Positions 32,701 to 42,816 of a DNA stretch of 64,000 bases are shown piece by piece. The first letter of the stretch is position 1. Each line of letters opens with the position of its first letter. Source of the DNA: Candidatus Izemoplasmatales bacterium (lineage in GTDB: Bacteria; Bacillota_I; Bacilli_A; Izemoplasmatales; Hujiaoplasmataceae); assembly GCA_050949045.1 (NCBI GenBank), contig JBMNEZ010000001.1, forward strand, positions 736,001 through 800,000. Reading direction: 5' to 3'. The translations under genes and the position numbers were made by a program. Under the pieces are notes generated by a model. It saw nothing but the letters and a program-made list of their open reading frames with translations. It was not told the DNA's origin and made no database searches.

Positions 32701-32812
32701 TTCCTTCTGGTAAATCTAAATTAATTGTTGTTTTTAGTTCTTTGCCGTTACAACCAGTCAAAAAAATTAGCATTACAAAAAAAACAGGAAAAAACACTAT
32801 TATTTTTTTCAT
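29780..32812 (-). CDS. BspA-like leucine-rich-repeat lipoprotein
   Basis: Lipobox LTGC; many IP..V..IG..AF..C..L repeats (LRR_5 type). Confidence 0.92.
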   Translation of the reverse strand: MKKIIVFFPVFFVMLIFLTGCNGKELKTTINLDLPEGISLADEKLDPEKLEINKNVEFLITPEVGKELDKLTINGIDKTSIVVDNKFTVKIEEGLKISIKFKNIQETQKDKFSVTLGEHLTSDDPLLNIEKGMTVNIFIDIPDGKEVDEFKVDNKVIDLDGDETYELVVSKDHIVTVKFKDLTQDPNKYTVIWKNYDGTILEKDTNVPFGVMPSYDGKLPTRPGDYYFKEWSPVPNTVYDNIEYTAVFRSGEEIAQDYAFIDLGEGYAVYKYYGLDNHVVIPALYKNKPIISIEYGAFFSNKKIMTLVVPDSVVEIKEYAFSACSNLTTVKLGNGLKKIGNNAFSSCKNLSSINLPEGLTTIDSYAFSQCGSLESITLPDGLEKFGFSALSNTGDHMFTDYKNGKYIGSATNPYLVFVKMNLATENKIEIHDKCKIIGDQAFLYSSTLDTINFGKGVQIIGENAFSHCTKIGPIVIPKTVIRIENRAFSNSSITSFSFAEESAIKYIGSNVFTECYNLRTVHLSNGIEYIGNDTFPNTDTLTKTKYDNAYYIGSIDNPHFYLLNATDELINTTQFDTVNIHPNTKIIASYAFNQCESLKNVAIPKGVIYIGEGAFYRCDSITNITVDSGNNRYSAPNKTALIDKTTGTLICGFKNTTIPAGVVHIGDYAFGESKITSITIPDGVITIGKGAFYKTSLESIMIPDTVTKIGSQAFSDCYNLVSATLSKNINYIDSMLFKSCFKLEQIKIPDAVSYIGQSAFTQCMALEDLTFGSGLVVIGTSAFEACSGISKIVIPNSVKAIETMAFYCCSEVTSISIGSGVMFIDILAFSKCHLLSTVVVDPDNKVYDSRDNCNGIVKKASKTLILGIKTTDIPQTVTIIGECAFYGLKNVDSIELDDNIKTIEEYAFFESYLKTIKLSNNLSYIGEKAFGWNRALEVIIIPKKVQNISYNAFEHCPKLIIYAEATEKPDYWTYSWNSSDRPVYWYSEESNMDGSHWRYVDGVPVIWTEQ

Positions 32813-33504
32813 AAATTTTCCTCCATAAAATTTGTATCATTTTTGTATACTCTATACAATAAATTTTAGTAAAAACAAAAACACTTTTTTCTGTTTTTTA
32901 CTTTAATTAAATTTTCAATGAAAGGTAAAATTATTAAATATAATTCCCACTTAATTATAAGCCAATCTATTATCTTATTATCGTCTTTATTATATTATAT
33001 AATAGAAAAATCAGTAAAATCAATGTTTTATTTGACGTTATTTAGTTTATCTATATGCGTGTACATCTCATTTCATAATCTATTATACACGCACGAATTA
33101 TTAATCATCGCCTTCAACACGTTTTTTGACAATTTTTATTTTATCGTTTACGCTATTATTAGAAGAAGGGTTAAGAGATATGTACTCCATTTATGGGCGG
33201 TCTACACCTTCTTCTTTTATTATCTCTAATGATTGAATATAAAATATACTTGTATTTTCTTATGAAACATAGGTTATATTTTGGATATTTATTTTTTATC
33301 AATTCCGGGTTTTTCAAAAGTTTTATTACCTGTTTTGCAAATTTGTTAATTGCCCATATCAGAATATCTCAACTTATATTAGATTTTTATAGTCCTTTTT
33401 ATAAAAAAATAGCTCAAATGAGCTATTTACTAATCAAAATTTTAAATGGCACCTTATTATACATAAACTACTTAGAGTTCAAATCCTATTATTGGAGCTT
33501 TATA

Positions 33505-34287
33505 TTAAATTAGTTGAAATACTTCAAGTAAGCAATCACAAGCCTTTTTATAAGTTATCTTAACATCTAATTTTGACTTTGTAATAAACTTATTAAATTG
33601 AAGTTCCATTAATCCTGAATTAATTATTTTATCTAATTGAGATTTAATATATTCCTTATGAAGTAAATCTTTATTAATTTCTTTATGATTAATAAGTATA
33701 TAAATATCATAAAAGTCTTTCATTCTTGAATTATTTATATTTTTATCGATTATACTTTGAAATTTCTCTGCTAGGATAGTTTCTTTATTGTAGCTATAAA
33801 TCTCTATTTTTTCTTCCGTAATATTTGTAGTGTAAGTTGTTTTTATTGGGTTTGGGGTAATAACATCCCCACAAACAATATCAACCCCAAATGTCTTTTT
33901 GATATTTCCAGTTGTTGCATTAAGTCTTACTCTAAAACCATTTTTTCCACAATCATCTTCTGTAATAGGAGAAATATCTAAAAAATCATAATCAATATCA
34001 TCATTAACTTTTACATTAATTATATTTATCATTTTATTTTTAATTTCTTCCTCATTGATATCTGCTGAGCGATAACTGAAATCTAAATCGAGTGTTGTTC
34101 TGTTTTTAACACCTACAATGTTTTCCAATAAGAATCCACCTTTTAAAATAAAATTCATTTTTTCTTCGCTTTTAGAAAGTCTAATCAAGAAATGGTCAAA
34201 AAAATATTTATCCCACATTTCTTGAACCTTTAAATTATTCTCGTTAGCTTTAGATTTAATTTTACTTTTAAGTTTATCTATATTCAT
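33505..34287 (-). CDS. abiEii: AbiEii nucleotidyltransferase toxin (type IV TA)
   Basis: FILKGG, RTTLDLDF, ETILAEKF, SRMKDFYDIY. Confidence 0.92.
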   Translation of the reverse strand: MNIDKLKSKIKSKANENNLKVQEMWDKYFFDHFLIRLSKSEEKMNFILKGGFLLENIVGVKNRTTLDLDFSYRSADINEEEIKNKMINIINVKVNDDIDYDFLDISPITEDDCGKNGFRVRLNATTGNIKKTFGVDIVCGDVITPNPIKTTYTTNITEEKIEIYSYNKETILAEKFQSIIDKNINNSRMKDFYDIYILINHKEINKDLLHKEYIKSQLDKIINSGLMELQFNKFITKSKLDVKITYKKACDCLLEVFQLI

Positions 34288-34865
34288 TATCTTATCTCCA
34301 GTAAATATCTAATTTTCTCATATACATCAAGTGTAATTGAATATTCATATAGTTTTTCATAATTTATACCTATTTCTTTGGCAGTCTTTACTGCAAAGTT
34401 TAATTCTTCATTATCTAAACTCTCATATTTAAAAATATCGCAAAGCACTCTTTCTTTATCATATGTAGGAACATAATTACCAAATTCAGTTTTTATAAAT
34501 GTTTTCCCCGTATTATAATACTCATCATTAACCCTTTTTACTTTAATAGAATCAATTCTATGAGTATTATAATTTGATGGAACATTGGCTTCTATTTCCT
34601 TTAATGACTTATTAGACATTTTATTTAAAACTAGAGCTGTGTTACCTGAATAAACAATTTTTGAGTATCTTAAACAATTAATAAATAGATCATCTTCAAA
34701 AACATTAGGAAGTGCATATATCCCTCTTGATACTCTCACAATACTATTATCATTTATCATTCTAGTTAAATATATCGTTGGAATTCCTAACTCTTTAGTT
34801 ATTTTATTAGTAATATATCCTTTATTATTATTCATATATTCAATTATCTTATCTTCATAATTCAT
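34287..34865 (-). CDS. abiEi: AbiEi antitoxin (type IV TA)
   Basis: N-terminal wHTH (GYIT...RVSRGIY), YDKERVLCD; likely start MNYEDK after GGTG-containing RBS; coupled to abiEii. Confidence 0.88.
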   Translation of the reverse strand: MNYEDKIIEYMNNNKGYITNKITKELGIPTIYLTRMINDNSIVRVSRGIYALPNVFEDDLFINCLRYSKIVYSGNTALVLNKMSNKSLKEIEANVPSNYNTHRIDSIKVKRVNDEYYNTGKTFIKTEFGNYVPTYDKERVLCDIFKYESLDNEELNFAVKTAKEIGINYEKLYEYSITLDVYEKIRYLLEIR

Positions 34866-35039
34866 AAAAACACCTTCTTTTGTTGCCTTTGTGCCTTTAT
34901 TATAACGCATATTAGGCACACAAGCAACAATATATTTTATAATATTTAATGAATATTTATACCTTACAAGCTGACATTATCTTTAAATGATTTGACCAGT
35001 TCAATTGCGTCAACAGTGTTGTCACTTTTTTATTGTCTT

Positions 35040-35309
35040 TATAAAGTTCATAAAATTGTTTCATTCTATAAAGACCACGTCTAGTGAATCCTTTTAAATT
35101 TGGGTGTTTTTCCTTAAAAAATCTACAAGTTTTTGGATAAAAGAATCACCATATTCCGAATTACTAGATTGAATGCTGATATATTTTCCAATATCACGAT
35201 ACATAAGTATTAATTCTTCATTTACTTTATGAAATGCACGAGCTTTTGCTGACTCAATAATATCTATAACTTTTTTAAAATGCTCTTCATATTGTAATAA
35301 TTCAGCCAT
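35040..35309 (-). pseudogene. DUF1016/YhcG N-terminal fragment
   Basis: AFHKVNEELILMYRDIGKYI...YGDSFIQKL; continues after a frameshift as GFTRRGLYRMKQFYELYKD, then decays. Confidence 0.75.
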
Positions 35310-35613
35310 ATTGATTTTATATACTAGAATAACTAGTATATTCCTCCCTACAGTAAATATTACAAATAATTTTAATTTTTACTTTAATATATTTGTTTGA
35401 AAAGAAATTTTTTAAACTGAAATGGTTCATACTCCCATAAAAATTTAAAAACCAATCAATTCGGATTCTTGTTACAAAGAATAAAATCATATGGTCTTAT
35501 TGCATAAAAAAACTGCTATAAGCTATTATTTTAATTTATAACAGTTTGTATATTAATTAGTCTATTTAGCTTTATAAAGCCATTTTTATCATAAAACTAA
35601 TTTAACATTTCGT

Positions 35614-35805
35614 TGGAGCCGTATTATCGCTTAAAGGAGCCATTTCTAATGCCTATAAAACGATAACTGCTATATAAATCCATCAAAGGTAAAATAGAGT
35701 GCTTTTTATATACTTTAAAAGGGAAAGTTGATACAACCAAAGGTATATTCACAAAAATACTGTAATTGATACTTCTAAAGGAAAACAAGGGAAAATCAAG
35801 CACTT
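35614..35805 (-). repeat. conserved cassette-end arm, copy B (diverged)
   Basis: TGGAGCCG core; AAAGGGAAAG...ACAACCAAAGG...GGAAAACAAGGGAAAATCAAGCACT aligns to copy A. Confidence 0.7.
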
Positions 35806-35875
35806 TTAAGACACTTGTTTTCCTTTTTTAAGTTCATGCCTTATTGAGCGGTTCAATGTTTACATAAATTACTTT

Positions 35876-37238
35876 TTACTTTAAAACGATCCATTTCCCA
35901 TCTTTAGAACTTCCTTCATATCTTATAACATTACTTTCGGTTAGTTTTTTTAAATCTCTTTCTATTGTGCTTATGGAAACTCTTGTTTTAATAGCAAAGT
36001 CTTTAGATGTACTTTGAGGATTTTCAATAATAGTCTTAATTATGATTTCATATCTTTCGTGCAGTTTTAGTCTCAACTCTTTGATTTGACCTTCATTTTG
36101 ACCATCACTTTGACCCTCATTTTGACCCTCATATACGATATGCATTTCCTGAGCGTCATCATAATTTCTATTATAAAGTGTAACAATAACTCCATTATCT
36201 GAAATACTAAAATGTGGTTGTTTATGAAAGCCAATATAATCTTCAAATATTCTTCTTACTCCTGTTGAGTAGTTTTCAATATAGTCAGCTTTATCTAATG
36301 CATTTACAATAATAGGATTTCTTTTAGCTGACATCCCTTCTTTAATATTTTCTAATGTAAGTCCATCAGGAAGACTTCCAGGTGAAAATATTAAAACTCT
36401 ATCATCATAAAATTCTATTTTAATATCTCCACTTAAAGTCCAATCTCTGTGGCAATAGCAATTAACTATTGCTTCTCTTAATGCTCTTTTAGGATAATCT
36501 AAGTATTCATCTCTTTGTGGTTTACCAGTAATCACTACTTTTTTTCTATTAGATAAATTAGCGAAATATAAAACATCATCTAATTGTTTTATGATTGAAC
36601 CGCTAAATTCTTTTTTATCTAAAAAAGTCGTTACTGTTAATCCTTGAAATACGGCAAATTTAGTAATGGTTGGATTTTGATCACTTAAATATAATGCTGC
36701 ATTATTAAACTCTTTATTAGGAGTGTATAACCCTAATCCATACAAATCAAAGTTTAATCCCTTTTCTTTAAATATATTGGTTGCATAAGTAAAGGTTAAA
36801 TCTTGATTTAGTGACACTAATCTTTCAAACTTATGAGCTCTTGATTTATATATTAACCGTTGAACTTCTTCAAAACTAGCTAATCTTTTAGTGCTACCTA
36901 CTCTTATATAAACACCTTTAGAATTAAAACCCTCGCCATCTTTATAAAAATATGGTTTATCAGTTCCACTTTTAACTTCTATTCTAAAAGGTTTTTCATT
37001 TTGATAAATATTAATTAAGTGATTAACATTTGGTTCAAAAGTATTACTTATCCAATTTGATAATATTTCTTCCCATTCTTTATAATACTTAACCTTATCT
37101 TCTAGTAATTTGCCATTATCATCAGCACCTAAAAGAATAGTTCCACCATCACTATTTAGAAAAGAAACTATTTCGGCTTTTAAATCTTTAGTTTTTTTTA
37201 GGTATTTCTCTTTTATACTCGATTCTTTTATCTTCCAT
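35876..37238 (-). pseudogene. AlbA_2 (Schlafen-like) + RecG-C/HATPase-like + wHTH protein, frameshifted near the 5' end
   Basis: MEDKRIEYKREIP from ATG 37238 is out of frame with DLKAEIVSFLNSDGGTILLG across an A8 tract (37192-37199); ALREAIVNCYCHRDW, SPGSLP and C-terminal HTH present. Confidence 0.8.
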
Positions 37239-37419
37239 ACAAACCACAACCTTTATTGCTTTATTTACTTTTTATACCATGTGACTATTTATTTTACTTT
37301 ATAAGCCTTATTTTGAACTATAAATAAATTCTTATAACAGTTGAATAAACAAAGTAAAAAGACGCCCTAATAAAGGCGTCAATAAAAATTATAACTCATT
37401 AGAGTTCAACTCTTGTCAT

Positions 37420-37493
37420 TGGAGCAAGCGAGGGGAATCGAACCCCCATTATCTGCATGGCAAGCAGACGTTTTACCATTAAACTACACCTGC
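37420..37493 (-). tRNA. tRNA-Gly(GCC)
   Basis: GCAGGTGTAGTTTAATGG...TCTGC-TTGCCAT-GCAGA...GTTCGATTCC...TCCA. Confidence 0.95.
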
Positions 37494-37798
37494 ATCGACT
37501 TAGCATTATATATTGTATATGAAGTTTGGCTTTTTTTCAACCTTTTTTCTCTGAATCGGAAAAAGTTCTTTCTAAAAGAAAAAGGCTACGGACAAATGTG
37601 ATAGAATATAAATATATAGCAGGTAGGATCAATAAACGAAGTTTAGATCAAATCCCTTCTTCGAGGTAGAAAAAAGCAAGCAAAATTGACAAGAATAGGT
37701 GGAAAGTTATACCGTTTTTGTTCAACCCGACATCCAATAGCATTCATATCGTATCATAAAACGGAGATAGATAACTAAATAAATGAGGGCAGTGTATC

Positions 37799-39238
37799 AT
37801 GAAACAAGCATTTAACCCGTTTTTACCAAGTTATGAATATATACCTGACGGTGAACCGCGGCTTTTTGGAGAACGCGTATATTTGTACGGAAGCCATGAC
37901 CGTTTCAACGGCAACCGTTTCTGTATGAATGATTATGTCTGCTGGAGCGCGCCTAAAAACGACCTTTCCGATTGGCGTTATGAAGGCGTTATTTGGAGAC
38001 GCTCAGATGATCCTAAGAGCAAGGGCAAGGGCGAAGGCATGCCCGCTCCGGATTGTATACAAGGGCCCGATGGCAGGTATTACCTATATTACTTTGTAAG
38101 CCTTCCTTCTTATATCGGGGTAGCGGTATGCAACGAGCCTTCGGGACAATTCAAATTTCATGGTTATGTCCAGTATCCCGACGGCCAGCTTTTGGGTTAT
38201 AAAAAAGGGGATACTTGTCAGTTCGATCCCGGTGTCTATGTAGAAGGCAGCGATGTTTATCTTTATACCGGATTGTGTCCCGCAAAGCATCACTTTCATC
38301 TCACTTTGCGGCCGAAATTGAAAATCAATAAAACCGGGGCCACTGTAGCCCTGCTTGAGCCGGATATGATTACAATAAAACAGCCGCCAAAAACCATCGT
38401 TCCCGGAATACGCAATTGCAAGGGTACGGAATTTGAAAAGCATCCGTTTTTTGAAGCTTCTTCAATGCGAAAAATTCACGACAAATACTATTTTATCTAT
38501 TCATCATACCTCGGCCATGAACTTTGTTATGCTGTGTCAAATACCCCAAACGGCAATTTCAGGTTTGGCGGCACTCTCGTATCAATAGGAGATATCGGAT
38601 TAAGAAATCATACTTGTCCTAAAAACGCAGCCAATTTTACCGGCAATACGCATGGTTCGATTTTACAGCTTGATGACAAGTTTTTTGTCTTTTACCACCG
38701 GCAGACAAACAGGTCTCAATTTTCCAGACAGGCATGTGCGGAAAAGCTGTATTTAGACAAACACGGCCACTTTAGTCAAGCGGAAATAACATCATGTGGG
38801 CTTAATGATGGTCCTCTGGCCGGACGAGGCACATATGAAGCAAGGATTGCTTGCAATCTTATGTCTGCACGGGGAAACCGCTTTTATTTGCTCTTTCGAA
38901 AAATTCATCTGTTTGAACCCTATTTTACACAAACAGGCAAAGACCGCAACGAAAATCCCGATCAATATATAGCGAATATCCGAAATGGATGTGTTATAGG
39001 CTTTAAATACTTTGAATTTAAAAAGGCAAAAGAAATAAATGTTGAAATTCAAGGTTCATGTAGGGGAAACCTGATAATAAGCGATGAGGAAAAAACAGTC
39101 GCTCAAATAAGTGTTTCACCCTCAAAAGCCTATACTTCTTACAATGCCAGCTTAAATATTTCGGATGGCGTGCATCCCTTGTATTTTAAATATAAAGGAA
39201 AAGGCTATTTCAATTTTAAAACCTTTTCTCTTAATTAA
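37799..39238 (+). CDS. glycoside hydrolase family 43 protein with CBM6-like C-terminus
   Basis: YIPDGEP, YLYGSHD, APD, FDPG, FFEASS, GNTHG motifs. Confidence 0.88.
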   Translation: MKQAFNPFLPSYEYIPDGEPRLFGERVYLYGSHDRFNGNRFCMNDYVCWSAPKNDLSDWRYEGVIWRRSDDPKSKGKGEGMPAPDCIQGPDGRYYLYYFVSLPSYIGVAVCNEPSGQFKFHGYVQYPDGQLLGYKKGDTCQFDPGVYVEGSDVYLYTGLCPAKHHFHLTLRPKLKINKTGATVALLEPDMITIKQPPKTIVPGIRNCKGTEFEKHPFFEASSMRKIHDKYYFIYSSYLGHELCYAVSNTPNGNFRFGGTLVSIGDIGLRNHTCPKNAANFTGNTHGSILQLDDKFFVFYHRQTNRSQFSRQACAEKLYLDKHGHFSQAEITSCGLNDGPLAGRGTYEARIACNLMSARGNRFYLLFRKIHLFEPYFTQTGKDRNENPDQYIANIRNGCVIGFKYFEFKKAKEINVEIQGSCRGNLIISDEEKTVAQISVSPSKAYTSYNASLNISDGVHPLYFKYKGKGYFNFKTFSLN

Positions 39239-39660
39239 TCATTATATTTATAACAATTCTTCTCATTTTTTTAATAGGTATAATGAAAGATAGTTAACAT
39301 CGTTAGACTAAAATCAATAACCCTTTTTAAGGTAACAGTTATATCGTAAAAATTTTATGTTAGTTTTAACTAGCTTAGATTGGTAAACGCCTTAGTGAGG
39401 CGTTTTCATTTGAAAAAGATGAAATTCAGATACCTCATTTTGATATATAAAAAAGAGTGTACATTTGCTTGGACATCGGAAGGACATTTGCCTGGGCATT
39501 GCGGGTTTGTCAAACATCGTAAACAATATTTAGATATCGAGTTCCCCTTTGATATACTTATCTATGTATTCTATTGGCAATTGCCAACCAAGAGGTCTTA
39601 TTAGGAAAGTTATTACAATCTCTTATATATGTAGTAAGAGATTTAGTTAAATCTTTTTCG

Positions 39661-39990
39661 TTAACATATGTTTTTAGTATAAAAATTATTATTATCTTTC
39701 CTATGTGGCCTTTCTGCTTTCTTATTATGCCAAGGGGTATAAGGCTTAATTAGTTTATGTGTGATGGATAACTTTTTAAGTTCTAATTCAAATAAACTTT
39801 GTTTGTCTGAGATGAAGCGATTGGTAAATTTCATTCCATTGTCTGCCTGAATACATTTAATGTCAAACGGAAACTTGCGGATACAATATCTCAAGAATTG
39901 AATACAAGTATAACTAGATTTTTATTTATAAATTTTTAAAACTCAATATCTTGAAAATTCATCAATCGCCGTATATTGATAATATTTATA
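39661..39990 (-). pseudogene. IS481-like transposase (rve) remnant
   Basis: YQYTAIDEFSRY, then IQADNGMKF and PYTPWHNKKAERPHRKD in disrupted frames. Confidence 0.75.
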
Positions 39991-40183
39991 ATTATTCTCT
40001 TATCTTTGTGTCTACTTTATTGTATACCATTCAAAGTTTAATAATGTGTAGAACTTTGAATTATTTTTATTACAAAAATTAGAAATTTGTCTTTTAACCC
40101 TAACATTAGTAAACTTTTTATAAATTAATATGATAAAATGACTATAGAATATATAATAGAAACTTGAAAGAAAGAGTGAAAAA

Positions 40184-42067
40184 ATGATAGTTTATTCTGG
40201 AAATATAAATAAATTTAATAAAGATGTAGATGCTGGATTAATTGCTAACAAAATTCAACAAGAACTGGAACGACTAGGTATTAATCATAGTAATGAATCC
40301 GAGTATAGGTCTTGGGATAATTCCTTATTTTATATGAGCAATATTTTATACAAATCTAACATTGATAAAGATGTTCATATTGCGATTGAATATAAAATTC
40401 CAACAACATCAAAAAGAGTTGATTTTTTAATAAGCGGCAAAGATGAAAATGATAAATCCAACTTAGTTATAGTTGAATTGAAACAATGGGAGAAAGCGAA
40501 AAGAACTGACAAAGAAGATTTAGTCCAGACTTATATTGGTGGCGGCAATAGACTTGTTACCCATCCATCATATCAAGCTTATTCGTATGCTAAAACGATT
40601 GAAAATTTTAGTGAATATGTTCAAGATGAAAAGATAAATATATATCCTTGCTCATATCTACATAATTATAATGAAAGCGAAAGGGGAGAGCTTGAAAATC
40701 CATTATATGATAAAATTGTTAGAATTTCTCCTCTGTTTTTAAAAAATGATGCTCAAAAATTAAGAAATTTTATTGAGAGATATATTAAAAAATCAGATCA
40801 GGGGAAGCTTCTATACGAAATTGATTATGGGAAAATAAGACCTTCTAAAGCTTTGCAAGACACACTTTCTTCAATGTTAGATGGCAATGAAGAATATTAC
40901 ATGTTGGATGAACAAAAGGTAGTCTATTCATCAATTAAAAGAATTGTTGAAGAATCAAAACATAGCGAAGAAAAGCATACAATTATTGTTCAAGGGGGGC
41001 CTGGAACAGGTAAGAGTGTGTTAGCAATAAACTTACTAGTAGATTTCAAACATTTAGTCACATCATACGTTACAAAAAATGCTGCTCCAAGGAATGTATA
41101 TTTTGAAAAATTAAAAAGAGGGCGCTATAGATATCAATATGTTAAAACATTATTTAGATCTTCAAGCAGTTTTATAAATTCAAAAAATAATGATTTTGAT
41201 TGTCTTTTAATAGATGAAGCTCATCGATTAAATGAAAAGTCTGGATTATTTGGAAATATTGGAGAAAATCAAATTAAGGAATTAATCAAATCGTCTAAAG
41301 TTAGTGTATTTTTTATAGACGAAGATCAAAGGGTGACATTAAAAGATATTGGCTCTGTTGATGCAATAAAAAAATACGCAAAAAAATTAGGCTCGACAAT
41401 ACATATGGGAGAAGATTTTATTTTAACATCACAATATAGATGTAATGGAAGCGAAGGATATATTGCTTTTATAGATGATTTATTAGGGCTTAGAGAAACT
41501 GCGAATAAAGATTATTTTGACTTAGATTATGACATAAAAAATTATGACGATTTAGTTTTAATGAGAGAAGATTTGAGAAAGAAAAATTATAATAATAAAG
41601 CAAGAATGTTAGCGGGATATTGCTATGATTGGATTACCAAAAAGAATCCAAAAGATGATAAGTATGATATCGTAATTAATGATTTCAAAGCAAAATGGAA
41701 TTTCGATAATACAAACACTTGGGCAATTGATAAAACATCATTTAACCAAGTTGGCTGTATTCATACATCACAAGGTTTAGAGTTTGATTATGTTGGAGTT
41801 ATTATTGGTAATGACTTAAGATATGAAAATAAAAGAGTAATAACCGACTATACTAAAAGATCGAAAAATGATGCTAGTTTAAAAGGAGTACACAAAAACA
41901 ATAGATATAATGATGCTGATATGATCATTAGAAATACCTATAAAACATTGTTAACAAGAGGACAAAAAGGTTGTTATATATATTGTGAGGATAAAAAATT
42001 AAGCGAATACATTAAAAAAAGAATAAGAATAGTAGATGAGGCGAGAAAAAATGAAAGAAATTATTAA
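40184..42067 (+). CDS. DUF2075 (Schlafen group-3-like) helicase with N-terminal PD-(D/E)xK nuclease-like domain
   Basis: EYKIP...RVDFL...IVELKQW; GGPGTGKS; IDEAHRL; GCIHTSQGLEFDY; YKTLLTRG. Confidence 0.88.
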   Translation: MIVYSGNINKFNKDVDAGLIANKIQQELERLGINHSNESEYRSWDNSLFYMSNILYKSNIDKDVHIAIEYKIPTTSKRVDFLISGKDENDKSNLVIVELKQWEKAKRTDKEDLVQTYIGGGNRLVTHPSYQAYSYAKTIENFSEYVQDEKINIYPCSYLHNYNESERGELENPLYDKIVRISPLFLKNDAQKLRNFIERYIKKSDQGKLLYEIDYGKIRPSKALQDTLSSMLDGNEEYYMLDEQKVVYSSIKRIVEESKHSEEKHTIIVQGGPGTGKSVLAINLLVDFKHLVTSYVTKNAAPRNVYFEKLKRGRYRYQYVKTLFRSSSSFINSKNNDFDCLLIDEAHRLNEKSGLFGNIGENQIKELIKSSKVSVFFIDEDQRVTLKDIGSVDAIKKYAKKLGSTIHMGEDFILTSQYRCNGSEGYIAFIDDLLGLRETANKDYFDLDYDIKNYDDLVLMREDLRKKNYNNKARMLAGYCYDWITKKNPKDDKYDIVINDFKAKWNFDNTNTWAIDKTSFNQVGCIHTSQGLEFDYVGVIIGNDLRYENKRVITDYTKRSKNDASLKGVHKNNRYNDADMIIRNTYKTLLTRGQKGCYIYCEDKKLSEYIKKRIRIVDEARKNERNY

Positions 42068-42368
42068 GAAACTTTTGAAATTTAGAAACGAGAGAGATTG
42101 GGAACAATTTCATACACCTGAGAATTTATCAAAATCAATTGTTATAGAAGCTGCTGAATTATTAGAAAATTTTCAATGGAATAATGAATGCAAAAATACT
42201 GAAAACATTAAAGAGGAATTGGCTGATATTATGATTTATTGTTTGTTGCTTTGTGAAAAAATGGATTTTAATGTTGAAAAAGTAATAAATGATAAAATTA
42301 ATTTAAATAATCTAAAATATCCAGTAAATAAGGCTAAAGGTAATGCTAAAAAATACAGTGAATTATGA
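42051..42368 (+). CDS. MazG-like nucleotide pyrophosphohydrolase
   Basis: FRNERDWEQFHTPENL, EAAELLE, EELADIMIY, KYP; overlaps the DUF2075 stop. Confidence 0.92.
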   Translation: MKEIIKKLLKFRNERDWEQFHTPENLSKSIVIEAAELLENFQWNNECKNTENIKEELADIMIYCLLLCEKMDFNVEKVINDKINLNNLKYPVNKAKGNAKKYSEL

Positions 42369-42489
42369 ATATACAAATTTCTTTTTATGACTTTGATATT
42401 AATTAAAAACAACAAGTAAAAGCACAATAGAAGCCAAAAAGAAAACTTAAGATACTTCGCAAAGCATTATTTATTTACAAAGTAAATTT

Positions 42490-42778
42490 AAAATACCATG
42501 ATGATTTTTTAGATAATGATAAAGTTATTATTGAAGGCATTTATGACATGTTTATGAAAGATAAAGAGATTGAGAAATACCAACAATATGCCAAAGATAA
42601 TAATCCAGAAATGTTTGTTAATAGTTTGTTTCCAGATAAATTTAGAGAAATAGCCATAGCCATGGCGTTATATCAAAGCAATAATGAGTCGTTTGAAAAA
42701 CCATTTACTGATAGTGCTTTTTATGAAGAAATAATGGAAGTTATTGCTAAAGAATTGTATAAAACATTAAGGAAATGA
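42490..42778 (+). pseudogene. C-terminal remnant resembling a type I R-M HsdR subunit
   Basis: DDFLDNDKVII...QYAKDNNPEMF...F...IMEVIAKELYKTLRK without any N-terminal part. Confidence 0.5.
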
Positions 42779-42816
42779 AAGTATAAAAACTATACATATT
42801 AGGAGTATGATTGATT

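Larger units (their letters stand above)
29416..37427. mobile_element. tandem cassette array (genomic island) at the 3' end of tRNA-Gly
   Basis: Abrupt AT enrichment; TGGAG direct repeats at 29416, 33493, 35614 and 37420 with conserved flanks. Confidence 0.75.

Noticed and set aside
32918..33513. Two plus-strand ORFs of about 100 aa
   Set aside because: Low-complexity AT-rich frames with no recognisable motif or RBS; the second runs across a cassette junction.
37420..37493. Two G-U pairs in the tRNA-Gly acceptor stem as a sign of 3'-half replacement by an integrated element
   Set aside because: No displaced longer tRNA 3' fragment was found at any junction; shared sequence is limited to TGGAG(C).
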